DNA from: Hormoscilla sp.
GTDB taxonomy: Bacteria; Cyanobacteriota; Cyanobacteriia; Cyanobacteriales; Desertifilaceae
Length of the DNA stretch: 64,000 nt
NCBI GenBank assembly: GCA_051439505.1
Contig: JBFRWI010000151.1
Span: 19,413 to 83,412 of the forward strand
Reading direction: 5' to 3'
Program-made: the position numbers and the translations under genes
The notes under the pieces: generated by a model
Database searches by the model: none
The model's input: only the letters and a program-made list of their open reading frames with translations
What the model was told of the DNA's origin: nothing
In this document: positions 1-10,855 of the stretch, one piece after another
Numbering within the stretch: position 1 is the first letter of the stretch
Layout: every line of letters begins with the position of its first letter

Positions 1-41
1 TTGTTCGGGGCCCGATCGCAAGCCAAACCCTTGTCACAGAG

Positions 42-788
42 CTAAAGGCTAATCAGGCCCCAGGCCGCTAACGCTACCGCGATCGTTCCTCCCGCCAACA
101 GCACGCCACCGGTTATTGTAATCACCTTTCCAGCCAGACGAGCCGCTTTTGGATAAGGGGGCTTCTGCCACTCCCAAATGTATGTTTTGACTTTGGCTTG
201 GAAGTATCCCAGTTGCTCCAGTTGCTGGCGATAGTCCTCTCCATAGCGTGGCATCCGAGCAAAGGGCAACTCTCCTATCCCGCGCTGGGGTAATATCCGC
301 CGCCGCTGATATGGCACCGTCTCTTCCCCAAAGTTTTGCTGGTACTCCTCGCTATCTAGCAAGGCATCGATGAACCCTGGCAGCCCTTTGGTTGCCAGTA
401 CAATTGACCAGGCTAGCTTCTCCCGATCGTTGTACAGTTCCCGTCCCAGGATGCGCTGCACGCACATCTGGACAAACCGGTAGTTGTTGTTGCACTCATA
501 ATTACGCCGGCGGAATGGCTCGGAAGTCGCCAGACCCCGAATGAATTCCCGCACTGTGATCTGACCAAATCTCAGCTGGGATTCTAAGAATGTTTGCCGG
601 TTGCTGGTCAGTAACTGTTGTTCGTTAAATATCTGGCGATAGCCTGCCCAGATCAACTCATCCATTTCCGTACCTGCTAGCAGGTTTTCGGCTGTGTAAA
701 TTCTGGGCTGCTCATCTCCTGGTATTTCATATCCCGCTACCCGCTGGTTTTGGCTTGATGCCGGATAGCTGAGTAATGGAATTGCCAA
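42..788 (-). CDS. cpcL: Phycobilisome rod-core linker, CpcG family, membrane-anchored CpcL (CpcG2) type
   Basis: MAIPLLSY..SQNQRV start, linker domain (QLRFGQITVREFIRGL, VPYQRRRILP) and hydrophobic C-terminal helix (VITITGGVLLAGGTIAVALAAWGLI). Confidence 0.88.
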   Translation of the reverse strand: MAIPLLSYPASSQNQRVAGYEIPGDEQPRIYTAENLLAGTEMDELIWAGYRQIFNEQQLLTSNRQTFLESQLRFGQITVREFIRGLATSEPFRRRNYECNNNYRFVQMCVQRILGRELYNDREKLAWSIVLATKGLPGFIDALLDSEEYQQNFGEETVPYQRRRILPQRGIGELPFARMPRYGEDYRQQLEQLGYFQAKVKTYIWEWQKPPYPKAARLAGKVITITGGVLLAGGTIAVALAAWGLISL

Positions 789-949
789 TCGCTCGCCTCC
801 TTCTGTACATGTACCTATTTTCTGGTTCCTTAAAGATTAAGCGATCGAGTTCACATAAGTCTTGCTTTTGTTACAAATCTTAAAAAAAGTTGAACTTATG
901 TAATCCTTTCACTACCGGTTGACCAGCAGCGTCGCCCCAGCTAACCCCA

Positions 950-1696
950 TTAACCTACCTCTGCCAGTTTTTTCTCTAGGTCAAACAGGAAGCCGTGGAT
1001 GTATTCCTCGGTCCATTCGGTGCCATAGAAGCGGGTAAACATCCCCCGTGCTGGATCCTTCTCGGCTCGATAGCGCAGGTAGCGCAGTTGCGCTTGCTTA
1101 ATCTCTTCTAGATACTGATCCTCAGTGACCGGTTCTGCCTGGTCCACAAAATCTAGGTAAGCCTGGAGATAGTCACAGAAGGCAGCAAATACCCGCGTTT
1201 CCACCACCGATGTTTCTGTAGGACGGGTCCAGAGAAACGCCGGTGAGAAGAAGGGTTGAGCTTCTGCTGGAAAGTCGCCTCCCCAGGGCAGGTGTTGTTG
1301 ATGGTCTTGGAAAATAGGTAGGATCGGCTGGGTATACTTTTCCTGGTATGCCGGTCGATCGCGAAACAGCGGTTGCATATCTAGGGCGATGAGGTGTCCC
1401 CCCGGTAAGGTGACTAGGTCGGCCCCGAAAAATGGTAGGTCATATTGGAGCTGGGGGAAAATCACGAAGTTCAATACCTGTAGCGCCTCTCCTCCCTGGA
1501 CGTGGGCTGCTCGGATTTGCCGGAGCTTCTCGGTGGCAAAGGCGTGACTGGTGGTGAGCACCTCCGATTGCTTCTTCCCCTTTCCGACTGTCGCCTGCTT
1601 GCGATCGAACCCTTCTGGGATAGGATAGGGGCTAAGGGTGAGTCGATCTTTGAGATAGTCGATCGCGTAATCTAGGAATTTCTGATATAGAGTCAT
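950..1696 (-). CDS. pebB: Phycoerythrobilin:ferredoxin oxidoreductase
   Basis: FDBR motifs [42 protein letters not shown]; directly downstream of pebA. Confidence 0.95.
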   Translation of the reverse strand: MTLYQKFLDYAIDYLKDRLTLSPYPIPEGFDRKQATVGKGKKQSEVLTTSHAFATEKLRQIRAAHVQGGEALQVLNFVIFPQLQYDLPFFGADLVTLPGGHLIALDMQPLFRDRPAYQEKYTQPILPIFQDHQQHLPWGGDFPAEAQPFFSPAFLWTRPTETSVVETRVFAAFCDYLQAYLDFVDQAEPVTEDQYLEEIKQAQLRYLRYRAEKDPARGMFTRFYGTEWTEEYIHGFLFDLEKKLAEVG

Positions 1697-1756
1697 TTTG
1701 ACATTGCTGATTAATGCTTACCAATTACCGTGAATTGACCATGCACTCTTTGGGAG

Positions 1757-2488
1757 TCATTTTTTGCTGCTGACTGCTAATGGCTTGGCATCTGCAAACA
1801 AGAACTCATACAGGAATCGTTCCGACCACTCGTGACCGAAGTAGCTGCTGAATAGACCTGATGCTGGATCCCTTTCTGCACTATATTGGTCGTAGTCTTT
1901 CTGTGCTTTGACGATCCGATCGATGTCTGCGGTATCCGTCAACGGTTCTGCTTCCTCCAGCATTTGCCAATACAAATTTAAGTATTCTATGTATGCATCC
2001 ATTAGCTTAGTCTCCACCGTCTCCGCATCAGTTTTTGCAAATAGCAAATATTTGGAAAAATACTGATTGGCATCGTAAAACTTCATTTCTAAGTTCTGCG
2101 CTAAGTCGTTGTAGCCATCGCGCACTGCTTTCATCGGCTCTATATATTTTCGGTGATACTCGGCATCTCTAAACAAGGGTTGAAAGTCTAGTACCACGAT
2201 AATTTTCTTTTTGCCGAAAGACAAGAAATCTATCCCTAACAAGGGGATATCGTAACAGTGGGCCGGATAGATCACGCTGTTAAATACTTGCGCTGCTGCC
2301 CCCCCATCTATGTAGGTATAGCGGATTTTACGTAGTTCGGGGCATTTGTAACACCAACTCTGAATGGTCGCTCCTGTTTGGCCCCGATCGCTTACCTGAC
2401 GTTCCAACCCTGGGGGTATGGGCTGGCTTTGTAAATCGAACCGCCGAAATAGCTCTGTTTCTAAGTATTCCAGGTATGGTCTGTACAT
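1757..2488 (-). CDS. pebA: 15,16-dihydrobiliverdin:ferredoxin oxidoreductase
   Basis: FDBR motifs VFNSVIYP, PLLGIDFLSFG, LDFQPL, YSAERDPASGLF. Confidence 0.95.
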   Translation of the reverse strand: MYRPYLEYLETELFRRFDLQSQPIPPGLERQVSDRGQTGATIQSWCYKCPELRKIRYTYIDGGAAAQVFNSVIYPAHCYDIPLLGIDFLSFGKKKIIVVLDFQPLFRDAEYHRKYIEPMKAVRDGYNDLAQNLEMKFYDANQYFSKYLLFAKTDAETVETKLMDAYIEYLNLYWQMLEEAEPLTDTADIDRIVKAQKDYDQYSAERDPASGLFSSYFGHEWSERFLYEFLFADAKPLAVSSKK

Positions 2489-2712
2489 AATGGTCCCTTG
2501 CTTTGCCTTAACTCTCCCTGAGGATAGACTAGATCTGTTGGGCCTGTCTCCTTTGCGCTCGACAAAGAAACAATCCTTAACATTCCCTACCCCCCTTACC
2601 GACAGCTATGATAACACACCGGTAGCGACATGTGGTTTCTGAGAGCTGTTTGATTTTCAGGTGTTCTGCATGGTAGTCTGGTCTGAGAACCGGTGGTGTC
2701 AAGGCAGGCGAT

Positions 2713-2814
2713 AAGCAATTCAAAATTCAAAATTTAGAATTCAAAATTGGGAAAGTCCTGCCAGAACAATGATCTCAGGCGTAGACCTATGCAATTTAAA
2801 TGCATGACAGCTTA
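2713..2814. repeat. MITE-like remnant with (AATTCAA)n heptamers, ending in TGCAATTTAAATGCATGACAGCT
   Basis: Heptamer repeats at 2717-2748; right end resembles the termini of the element at 43573-43842. Confidence 0.55.
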
Positions 2815-2877
2815 AGAAGCACGCTTCGTGCTTACTACGAACTTAAGTAACTTAAGTAAATACAGGAAGAGTGAGTA

Positions 2878-4359
2878 ATGGGCGAGATTTGGAGAAAGTT
2901 ACAAGCATTTTTAGGGATTTATGACCCTGGCCAGGAGTTAGGTTTAACAGTCTTGGCAAAAACAGATAAGTTAACTATTGTATATCAGCACTGGCAGTTG
3001 GCCAAACAAACTGCCTCCGAACTCGTCCTGCGCGGCGGCGGGTGGTGGTCTGGTTTATCTGAGGTCGGCCTCACAATTTTAATATTGGGATTGAGTTGGT
3101 TTATGGGACGCACTGACATTACTTGCATGCGCCTTGATGTGGATTCAATGTATTGCACGACGAAAAATAGACCCCTACTTGGCATATATTATGGAGAAAA
3201 TGATACTGCCTGGCAGGTGCAAAAAGCGGAGGTGAAAAGTAAAATTCCTGCCCGGGGAAGTTATGAAGTTTACCGAATTGTTTTGTTGGCTGAAGAAAAA
3301 CATGTCCCGGTGACAAATGAGTTTACGCGCGATCGGGCTATGTTGGAAGAGGTGGCGGCAAAAATAAATAAATTTATTAACAACCCCGGGCAAAATATCC
3401 TGGAAATTGAAATGGAAGATTGGGGATGGAAATTACAGAAGCCCGCACCTGATTTTCTCATTTTTGCTTTTCTAGCCTGTTTATCGATCTATTATAAAAC
3501 TATAGGATCGGGAGTAACCTGTAGTTTGAATAAAACTACAGATACGGTAAAAATAAGGCAAGCCCGTAAAGGACATTTTCAGGTATCATATCCTCTCGAT
3601 ACTGTTCGCGGCCTCGGCGTGGAAGAATATACTCACAGTCAGGGGAGTGGCTATCGTATTAGTTTAATTCTCGCTGATGGTCGGCGTCAACCTTTAATCA
3701 GAAATTACAGTCCCGATCGCCAGAACCAATACAAAGCAGCAGACAAAATTCGGCAGTTTCTCGGCCTGAATGAGGTGAAAGATTTGATTTACCGAGATGG
3801 AAATGAATGGTTAGATGTTTCGACTGCCATCTCAGAACCAGAACTACCAGAAGGAGAAATTGTTTTTCAGGGAGAAAAACGAATTTATAGGACAGCAAAG
3901 ATGATTAACAGCCCCTCAATTGCTGCCTGGGATCTGGAGTTTGCCCATCTGGGTTTCCAACTGTTAGGAAATCTGCAAATAACTCCTTATGGGGCGATCG
4001 GGCGCTGCTACGGGCAACAAAATGGCTACAGTTATGCTTATGTAAAAGAGGGTAATAGCTGGGAATTTCAAACTACCTTTGCTGGAGATGCCTCCCTCAT
4101 AACTAGCACGAGGTATTTTCTCTCCGACATTCAGAGTAGAAGGATTTTTCGTAACTCTTATCCGGGAATGGGAATAGCACAGCTTTATCGCTGCCATCAG
4201 GAAAGAGTGCAAGAATTGGCGATCGCCTATGGGGAACCTCACCTTGTCGAGTGCGACTTGCAAGCATTTGCTGCTACCTGCGATCGGGTGCTAGGGCGGA
4301 TGCCATCGAATCTATTCGAGAAGTTTTTAGCACAGGTTTTTCCGTTATTACTTTCTTGA
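2878..4359 (+). CDS. Hypothetical membrane protein (two TM segments, two related beta-rich repeats)
   Basis: 493-aa ORF with AGGA upstream; repeated Y.I.L.L..G...P......AA.KI..F segments. Confidence 0.7.
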   Translation: MGEIWRKLQAFLGIYDPGQELGLTVLAKTDKLTIVYQHWQLAKQTASELVLRGGGWWSGLSEVGLTILILGLSWFMGRTDITCMRLDVDSMYCTTKNRPLLGIYYGENDTAWQVQKAEVKSKIPARGSYEVYRIVLLAEEKHVPVTNEFTRDRAMLEEVAAKINKFINNPGQNILEIEMEDWGWKLQKPAPDFLIFAFLACLSIYYKTIGSGVTCSLNKTTDTVKIRQARKGHFQVSYPLDTVRGLGVEEYTHSQGSGYRISLILADGRRQPLIRNYSPDRQNQYKAADKIRQFLGLNEVKDLIYRDGNEWLDVSTAISEPELPEGEIVFQGEKRIYRTAKMINSPSIAAWDLEFAHLGFQLLGNLQITPYGAIGRCYGQQNGYSYAYVKEGNSWEFQTTFAGDASLITSTRYFLSDIQSRRIFRNSYPGMGIAQLYRCHQERVQELAIAYGEPHLVECDLQAFAATCDRVLGRMPSNLFEKFLAQVFPLLLS

Positions 4360-4794
4360 AACTAGGTGTAAAATTGGAAATAAATAGCGGGATTGCTGAC
4401 TGGAAATATTTTTCAAGTTCTTCTTTCATCTTTACCTAATTCCTGATTTTTAGATCCTGTTAGCGACATACTGCGGCTTCACCCCTGCCTTATATGTTAT
4501 CTGACAAATGCCCGATCGCACCCGCAGAAGTTATTTTTGCCGCACTCATGTCCTGGAGATTTCTCATCGCCCAGTTCGATGCTTCACCTGCATCACGCGC
4601 TCGGGATAAGATAAATCTAGCGCAAAAATATTAATGTTGTAGGTTTTGTCTCCGCACGAAACCCAACCCGCGATATGTTGTTAGCTTTGCGCCTGTTGGG
4701 TTTGCTGTCAACCCAACCACAGAGATGTCATGCATCTTCGTTGCACCCGATCGCATCTTTCTGTTGCGGCTCTCTTTTCAATAGTGTTAACATA

Positions 4795-5142
4795 TCATAA
4801 CGGAAGATATTGGACGCGGTTAGCACAATCTTCCGGATCGGATGCTTTAGCTATCAGTTCTAAGTCGCGGACACAATCACCAATGGAAACATTCTGCTGA
4901 TGGGTGTAGATAACACCCGCAAAATTTATTCCCTCAGCAAGACGCAGATTAGCTTCCACAAGAAAATCATCATCTTGCGAAAACATAACTCGCCCAAGTC
5001 CAGTAGCACGATCGAGTAAAATGGAGTCGGATGTGCCAGTGCGACCATCTTCTTGAACAGTCAAAACATCCACACCCCGCTGACGCAATCCCTTTGTAAT
5101 TGGTTTGGGTACTTGCTCATCCATATACAGGGCAATACTCAC
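4795..5142 (-). CDS. DUF5615 PIN-like toxin (VapC45-like)
   Basis: LYMDEQVP..I..GLR.RGVDVLTVQEDG..G.SD..LLDRA..LGRV.FSQDDDFL; start overlaps the upstream stop. Confidence 0.85.
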   Translation of the reverse strand: MSIALYMDEQVPKPITKGLRQRGVDVLTVQEDGRTGTSDSILLDRATGLGRVMFSQDDDFLVEANLRLAEGINFAGVIYTHQQNVSIGDCVRDLELIAKASDPEDCANRVQYLPL

Positions 5143-5462
5143 TTCAGATACCCCTTTTCCCGTAGTTTTTTCGCAAGAGGAGATTCTCCCGCTTCTCGGC
5201 GAAGTTTTTCGACATACTGGAATCGTCGTTCCATATCGGCATCAAGTTCTTCTTTATTATCCCAATAGTACGCCAAGGCCGAATAAATTTTGCTCATGGA
5301 AACATGAGGATAGTTGTCATGCAATTCTTCCGGACTCCAACCGTAAGCTTTCACTGATGTCACCAATTCTACTACTTTCATCGTAGTTCCAGTGATGTAC
5401 GGCACCTGGCGATCGTCTAGTTGGATATGTTTATACTCAGTGCTTGCTAATACCATTCTCAA
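5139..5462 (-). CDS. DUF433 antitoxin-like protein
   Basis: P.I.GT.MKV.ELV....YGWSPEEL...YPH.SMSKIYSALAYYWD. Confidence 0.88.
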   Translation of the reverse strand: MRMVLASTEYKHIQLDDRQVPYITGTTMKVVELVTSVKAYGWSPEELHDNYPHVSMSKIYSALAYYWDNKEELDADMERRFQYVEKLRREAGESPLAKKLREKGYLK

Positions 5463-5486
5463 TGCTCCATTTTAAATTCTACCTTC

Positions 5487-5909
5487 TCACTCCAGAGAAT
5501 AACCTGTTGTTTTTTCAATATATTCCAGCACCTTTTCATAAGCATCTTTGTTGCTGCGGGGATGGAGGACGATCGGGTCTTTGCTATCAGGCAACCAAAA
5601 GGTCAGCTTTTTACTATTTGGTTCGCATGAAAAAGCACTTATGCGGTTAAGATCTACCACATATTCCTCCCGATCGTAACTGAATTTTATCCAATTTGCT
5701 CCTAATGAATAACCAGTTATTTTTCTGAGGTACTCCTGCACTTTATAATAGCTTTCCGGGTTGCCTTTGGGATTGATGATAATCGGAACACCGCTATCAG
5801 GCAACCAAAACGTGATCTTGCCGTTCGGCGCACTCGAAAAGGCACCGATGCGATCGAGATCGATCGCGTAAATATCTCTGTTATCGATGATTTTGACCCA
5901 AGATGCCAC
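5487..5909 (-). CDS. Hypothetical protein made of two internal ~65-aa repeats
   Basis: WVKI..R..Y.IDLDRI.AFS....KITFWLPDS..PI occurs twice. Confidence 0.75.
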   Translation of the reverse strand: MASWVKIIDNRDIYAIDLDRIGAFSSAPNGKITFWLPDSGVPIIINPKGNPESYYKVQEYLRKITGYSLGANWIKFSYDREEYVVDLNRISAFSCEPNSKKLTFWLPDSKDPIVLHPRSNKDAYEKVLEYIEKTTGYSLE

Positions 5910-6002
5910 AGTCCCACCGCCGATTGCTGTTGGCTTAGATCATACTGCCGCTGGGGAGACTGAGGTTGTGATATCTCTCACCTGCTGGGTGCCATGGGCG
6001 AA

Positions 6003-6047
6003 GCATTTTTCCCCAAAAGGCTGTCGCGCCTTTTGGGGAAAAATGCC
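6003..6047 (-). terminator. Perfect 18-bp inverted repeat directly after the pyrG stop
   Basis: GCATTTTTCCCCAAAAGG-N9-CCTTTTGGGGAAAAATGC. Confidence 0.55.
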
Positions 6048-6048
6048 A

Positions 6049-7665
<1,617 letters not shown>

Positions 7666-7818
7666 CTAATTTATATACTCACGCAATTGAGCCATCCTCT
7701 TTTCGCCGACCACCCGATGCTGATTTTTCCCTGGCGCATTTTACCAGAATTTCTACCCTACCGCACAATTGGTATTTTTCTTCATCCCATAGCTCCGCCC
7801 CAATGCCAGAATTTAGCA

Positions 7819-7974
7819 ATGGCGGAAAACCTGCTAGTATATGAGGTGGAGACGAGGAGCTGGCAGTGGCACATGGCAGAAATTCAAGCCGTGGGCATTA
7901 CGGAGGATAAAGTGGTAAAACTGATGGCCAGAAATATCCAAAAGCTGCCAGCAACAACCCAGCGATCGCTCTGA
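7819..7974 (+). pseudogene. Fragment of an AAA-ATPase/Ser-Thr kinase/His kinase (HstK-type) gene
   Basis: ENLLVY....SWQW.MAEIQAVGIT..VVKLMARNIQKLPATTQ resembles the segment after the AAA domain; no flanking domains. Confidence 0.6.
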
Positions 7975-8009
7975 ATAGGGTTCGCGTATATATAAAGATA
8001 TATACTCTG

Positions 8010-9782
8010 ATGCAAAAAATTATCGGATTAGCTACATTAGGAACAGTTGTGCTGACATCCCCGGCCTGGGCAGAACAACCGCTATTTGTGGTCTATCCAC
8101 CCGCCGAACATGAAACTACAGCCCCACAGATATTTTTGATTGGTACGGCCCCGACTTCCGGAGAAGTATTGGTTAATGGTAATAGGATCGATCGCAGTCA
8201 GGCGGGACATTTTGCCCCGAGTTTTCCCTTGCAGCTGGGAGAAAATATATTTATTCTGCGCTATCAAGACCAGGAACTAAAGATTAAAGTAACTCGCAAG
8301 TCAACGGCACCACCAGCAGCTGTAGGGATGGCATTTGCAGAAGGTTCCCTCAAACCAGCAGTAGATATAGCTAGGATGCCAGGCGATCGGTTGTGTTTTG
8401 GGGCGATCGCTCCGGTGAACGCCACAGTTTCCGTACAGTTGGGGGCTCGCACAATTCCCCTGGGGCCTCAACCCCAAGACCTGCAACTGCCGCCCAATTA
8501 TGCCGTATTAACAGGGGAAAACCAGCCCAATTTTCAAGAGGAGGCGGGCAGTCAATACTCCGGTTGTACCATTCTGCCCCAGGCGAACAACAGGACGCCG
8601 ATCGATTTAGGCCAACCCAGGTTTCAACTGACCGTGAATGGTCGGACAATGACGCAGTTAGGGCCGGGAAAGATTTCGGTTTTGTCTGGTACCCAATTTG
8701 AGATTGCCGAAGTTACTGTTGACTCCGGTATTGCCCGCACTGGCCCCAGTACCAACTATTCTCGCCTCACCCCTCTGCCCAAAGGAACCATATCTGCCAT
8801 TACCGGACGTGAAGGAGAGTGGTTGAGACTAGACTATGGAGCATGGATACGCAGCAGAGAAACCCGCACTTATACCAGTTCCGCGCCGCCGACATCCTTA
8901 ATTCGCAGTGTCCGGGCCCGTCAGATACCAGGTTGGACAGAGGTGCTATTTCCCTTGCAAGTGCCAGTACCGGTGAGTGTAGAGCAACATACTGACACCA
9001 TTACCTTAAATCTCTACAACACCACTGCCCAAACGGACACAATTTTCTTTAATGACGACCCGCTGATAGAACGGCTAGACTGGCAACAGACATCACCTAC
9101 CCAATTGCAATATATCTTTGAGATTAAAGGGGCCCAACAGTGGGGCTACAAGCTCAGATATGAAGGCACAACTCTGATATTGTCCCTGCGCCATCCTCCA
9201 GAAGTGAAGAGAAGGGGGCGCAAACCCTTATCGGGAATGTCTATTCTGCTAGACCCGGGACATGGCAGCGAGAATGATTTGGGTGCGAGAGGGCCAAATG
9301 GCTATCCTGAAAAAGATGTGGCCCTGATTATCTCCCAGTTATTAGCAGAGGAGTTGCGGCGACGGGGTGCCACGGTGATTATGACTCGGGAAGGAGATGA
9401 CGATCTGTGGCCCCACGATCGGGTAGAGATAATCGAACGGACAGAACCAGATCTAGCTCTGAGTTTGCACTACAATGCCTTACCAGATAGCGGAGATGCG
9501 ATCGGGACTGCGGGTATCGGCAGTTTCTGGTATCATCCCCAAGCTCACAGTCTCGCAGTATTTTTACATAACTATCTAGTCGCACAGCTCGATCGTCCCT
9601 CTTACGGGGTGTTTTGGAATAATCTGGCTTTAACCCGTCCATCTGTGGCCCCAGCCGTGTTATTGGAATTGGGATTTATGATCAATCCGGTAGAATTTGA
9701 GTGGATCATCAATCCCAGGGAGCAGGAAAAAATGGCCGATACCCTGGCAGATGGCATCGTGCAATGGGTCAAAGGCCATTAG
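8010..9782 (+). CDS. N-acetylmuramoyl-L-alanine amidase (Amidase_3, with SH3b-like region)
   Basis: Signal peptide, ILLDPGHG, EKDV, SLHYNA, AVLLELGFM. Confidence 0.93.
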   Translation: MQKIIGLATLGTVVLTSPAWAEQPLFVVYPPAEHETTAPQIFLIGTAPTSGEVLVNGNRIDRSQAGHFAPSFPLQLGENIFILRYQDQELKIKVTRKSTAPPAAVGMAFAEGSLKPAVDIARMPGDRLCFGAIAPVNATVSVQLGARTIPLGPQPQDLQLPPNYAVLTGENQPNFQEEAGSQYSGCTILPQANNRTPIDLGQPRFQLTVNGRTMTQLGPGKISVLSGTQFEIAEVTVDSGIARTGPSTNYSRLTPLPKGTISAITGREGEWLRLDYGAWIRSRETRTYTSSAPPTSLIRSVRARQIPGWTEVLFPLQVPVPVSVEQHTDTITLNLYNTTAQTDTIFFNDDPLIERLDWQQTSPTQLQYIFEIKGAQQWGYKLRYEGTTLILSLRHPPEVKRRGRKPLSGMSILLDPGHGSENDLGARGPNGYPEKDVALIISQLLAEELRRRGATVIMTREGDDDLWPHDRVEIIERTEPDLALSLHYNALPDSGDAIGTAGIGSFWYHPQAHSLAVFLHNYLVAQLDRPSYGVFWNNLALTRPSVAPAVLLELGFMINPVEFEWIINPREQEKMADTLADGIVQWVKGH

Positions 9783-9801
9783 TGACGGGTGATCAGTGAC
9801 G

Positions 9802-9838
9802 GATGAGGGCCATCGACACCCGATCGATGGCCCTCATC
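9802..9838 (+). terminator. Hairpin after the amidase gene
   Basis: GATGAGGGCCATCGA...TCGATGGCCCTCATC inverted repeat. Confidence 0.6.
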
Positions 9839-10023
9839 ATATGAGTAATTATACTAGATATTCGATATTGTCAGTTGTTAAACCCATGTTAGGGATGACA
9901 GTTGGGCAACTGCACGGCGAGATCTGACAAGTGCGAGTGACATAAACAACAGGGGTTCGCGCTCAAAGCAACAGGGTGCGAACAGAAGACCATTTTGTCC
10001 CTCGGGCCTTGCAGATGCAAATA

Positions 10024-10800
10024 GGGACAGTTGAGGAACTAGAACAGTAGTGCCTCACTGTTTGACCTGCCCGATAAACAATGAAGACATAGCTGAGAAC
10101 CCGCCCGCCGAACCCTAAAGGGTCCGGCTACACTCACAAAGCCCGCCTGCGCGGGCTAGGTTAGATGCATTATCGTTGCACCCGATTAAAACCTTAGGCA
10201 GGAAACAATTTTCAGGCAACAGCATTCTCAAATGCTATCAGCAAATTGAGACTATAACAGTATTGTTTAACTGCCCGAACATCACTGAAGAGTTCAAAAA
10301 TCACAAGTTCTCAGCCAGCAACAACTCTCTCAATAGTGGGACAGTTGCCAAACTGGAACAGAAGTTACACTCAGTTCGATCGAGTTGATTAACAATGAAG
10401 ACATAGCTAAGGATAGCATTCCGAAGCTGAAAGTAACCCAAGAAGCGAAGCGAACGAAAATTTTTAGTTTGTCGGGAAACATTTTTCAGGCAGCCGCATT
10501 CTGAAAGACTACGAGCTAATAAAAAGTTAAACTGTTGCGGAACGATTACCTAAATGCTTAACTGGCCTGATGCTCTAAGCTAATAACTTATAAACCAGAA
10601 AAACCTCTCTGGTGAGACAGTTATCAAACTGGAACAGGAGTTACACCAAGTTGAAGCTAGATGACCCACAATAAAGACATAGCTTAAGGTTGCACCGCTG
10701 AAAAAATCCCCAGAAGTAATCAATATTTTTGGGCTAGTCGGGAAACATTTTTCAGGCAACAGCATTCTATAAGCACGTGAGCTAAAAAAGTTGCTCAGTC
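10024..10800 (+). repeat. Three diverged ~280-310-bp tandem non-coding units (plus a partial one near 9897)
   Basis: Units at 10024, 10338 and 10614 share GACAGTT-N4-AACT(G/A)GAACAG, ACAAT(G/A)AAGACATAGCT and GGAAACA(T/A)TTTTCAGGCA.C.GCATTCT. Confidence 0.85.
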
Positions 10801-10855
10801 ATTTTTAAAGCTGAGAACTTAAAAAGTTAAACATCAAACTAACAAGTGCAAAACG

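Noticed and set aside
830..905. HLR1 or CcaR G-box upstream of cpcL
   Set aside because: Only one good half-site (GTTACAAA); no convincing direct repeat
10024..10800. Tandem units as CRISPR or as protein-coding repeats
   Set aside because: Period ~280-310 bp with several diverged blocks; no conserved ORF across units (10176-10388 and 10580-10765 look incidental)
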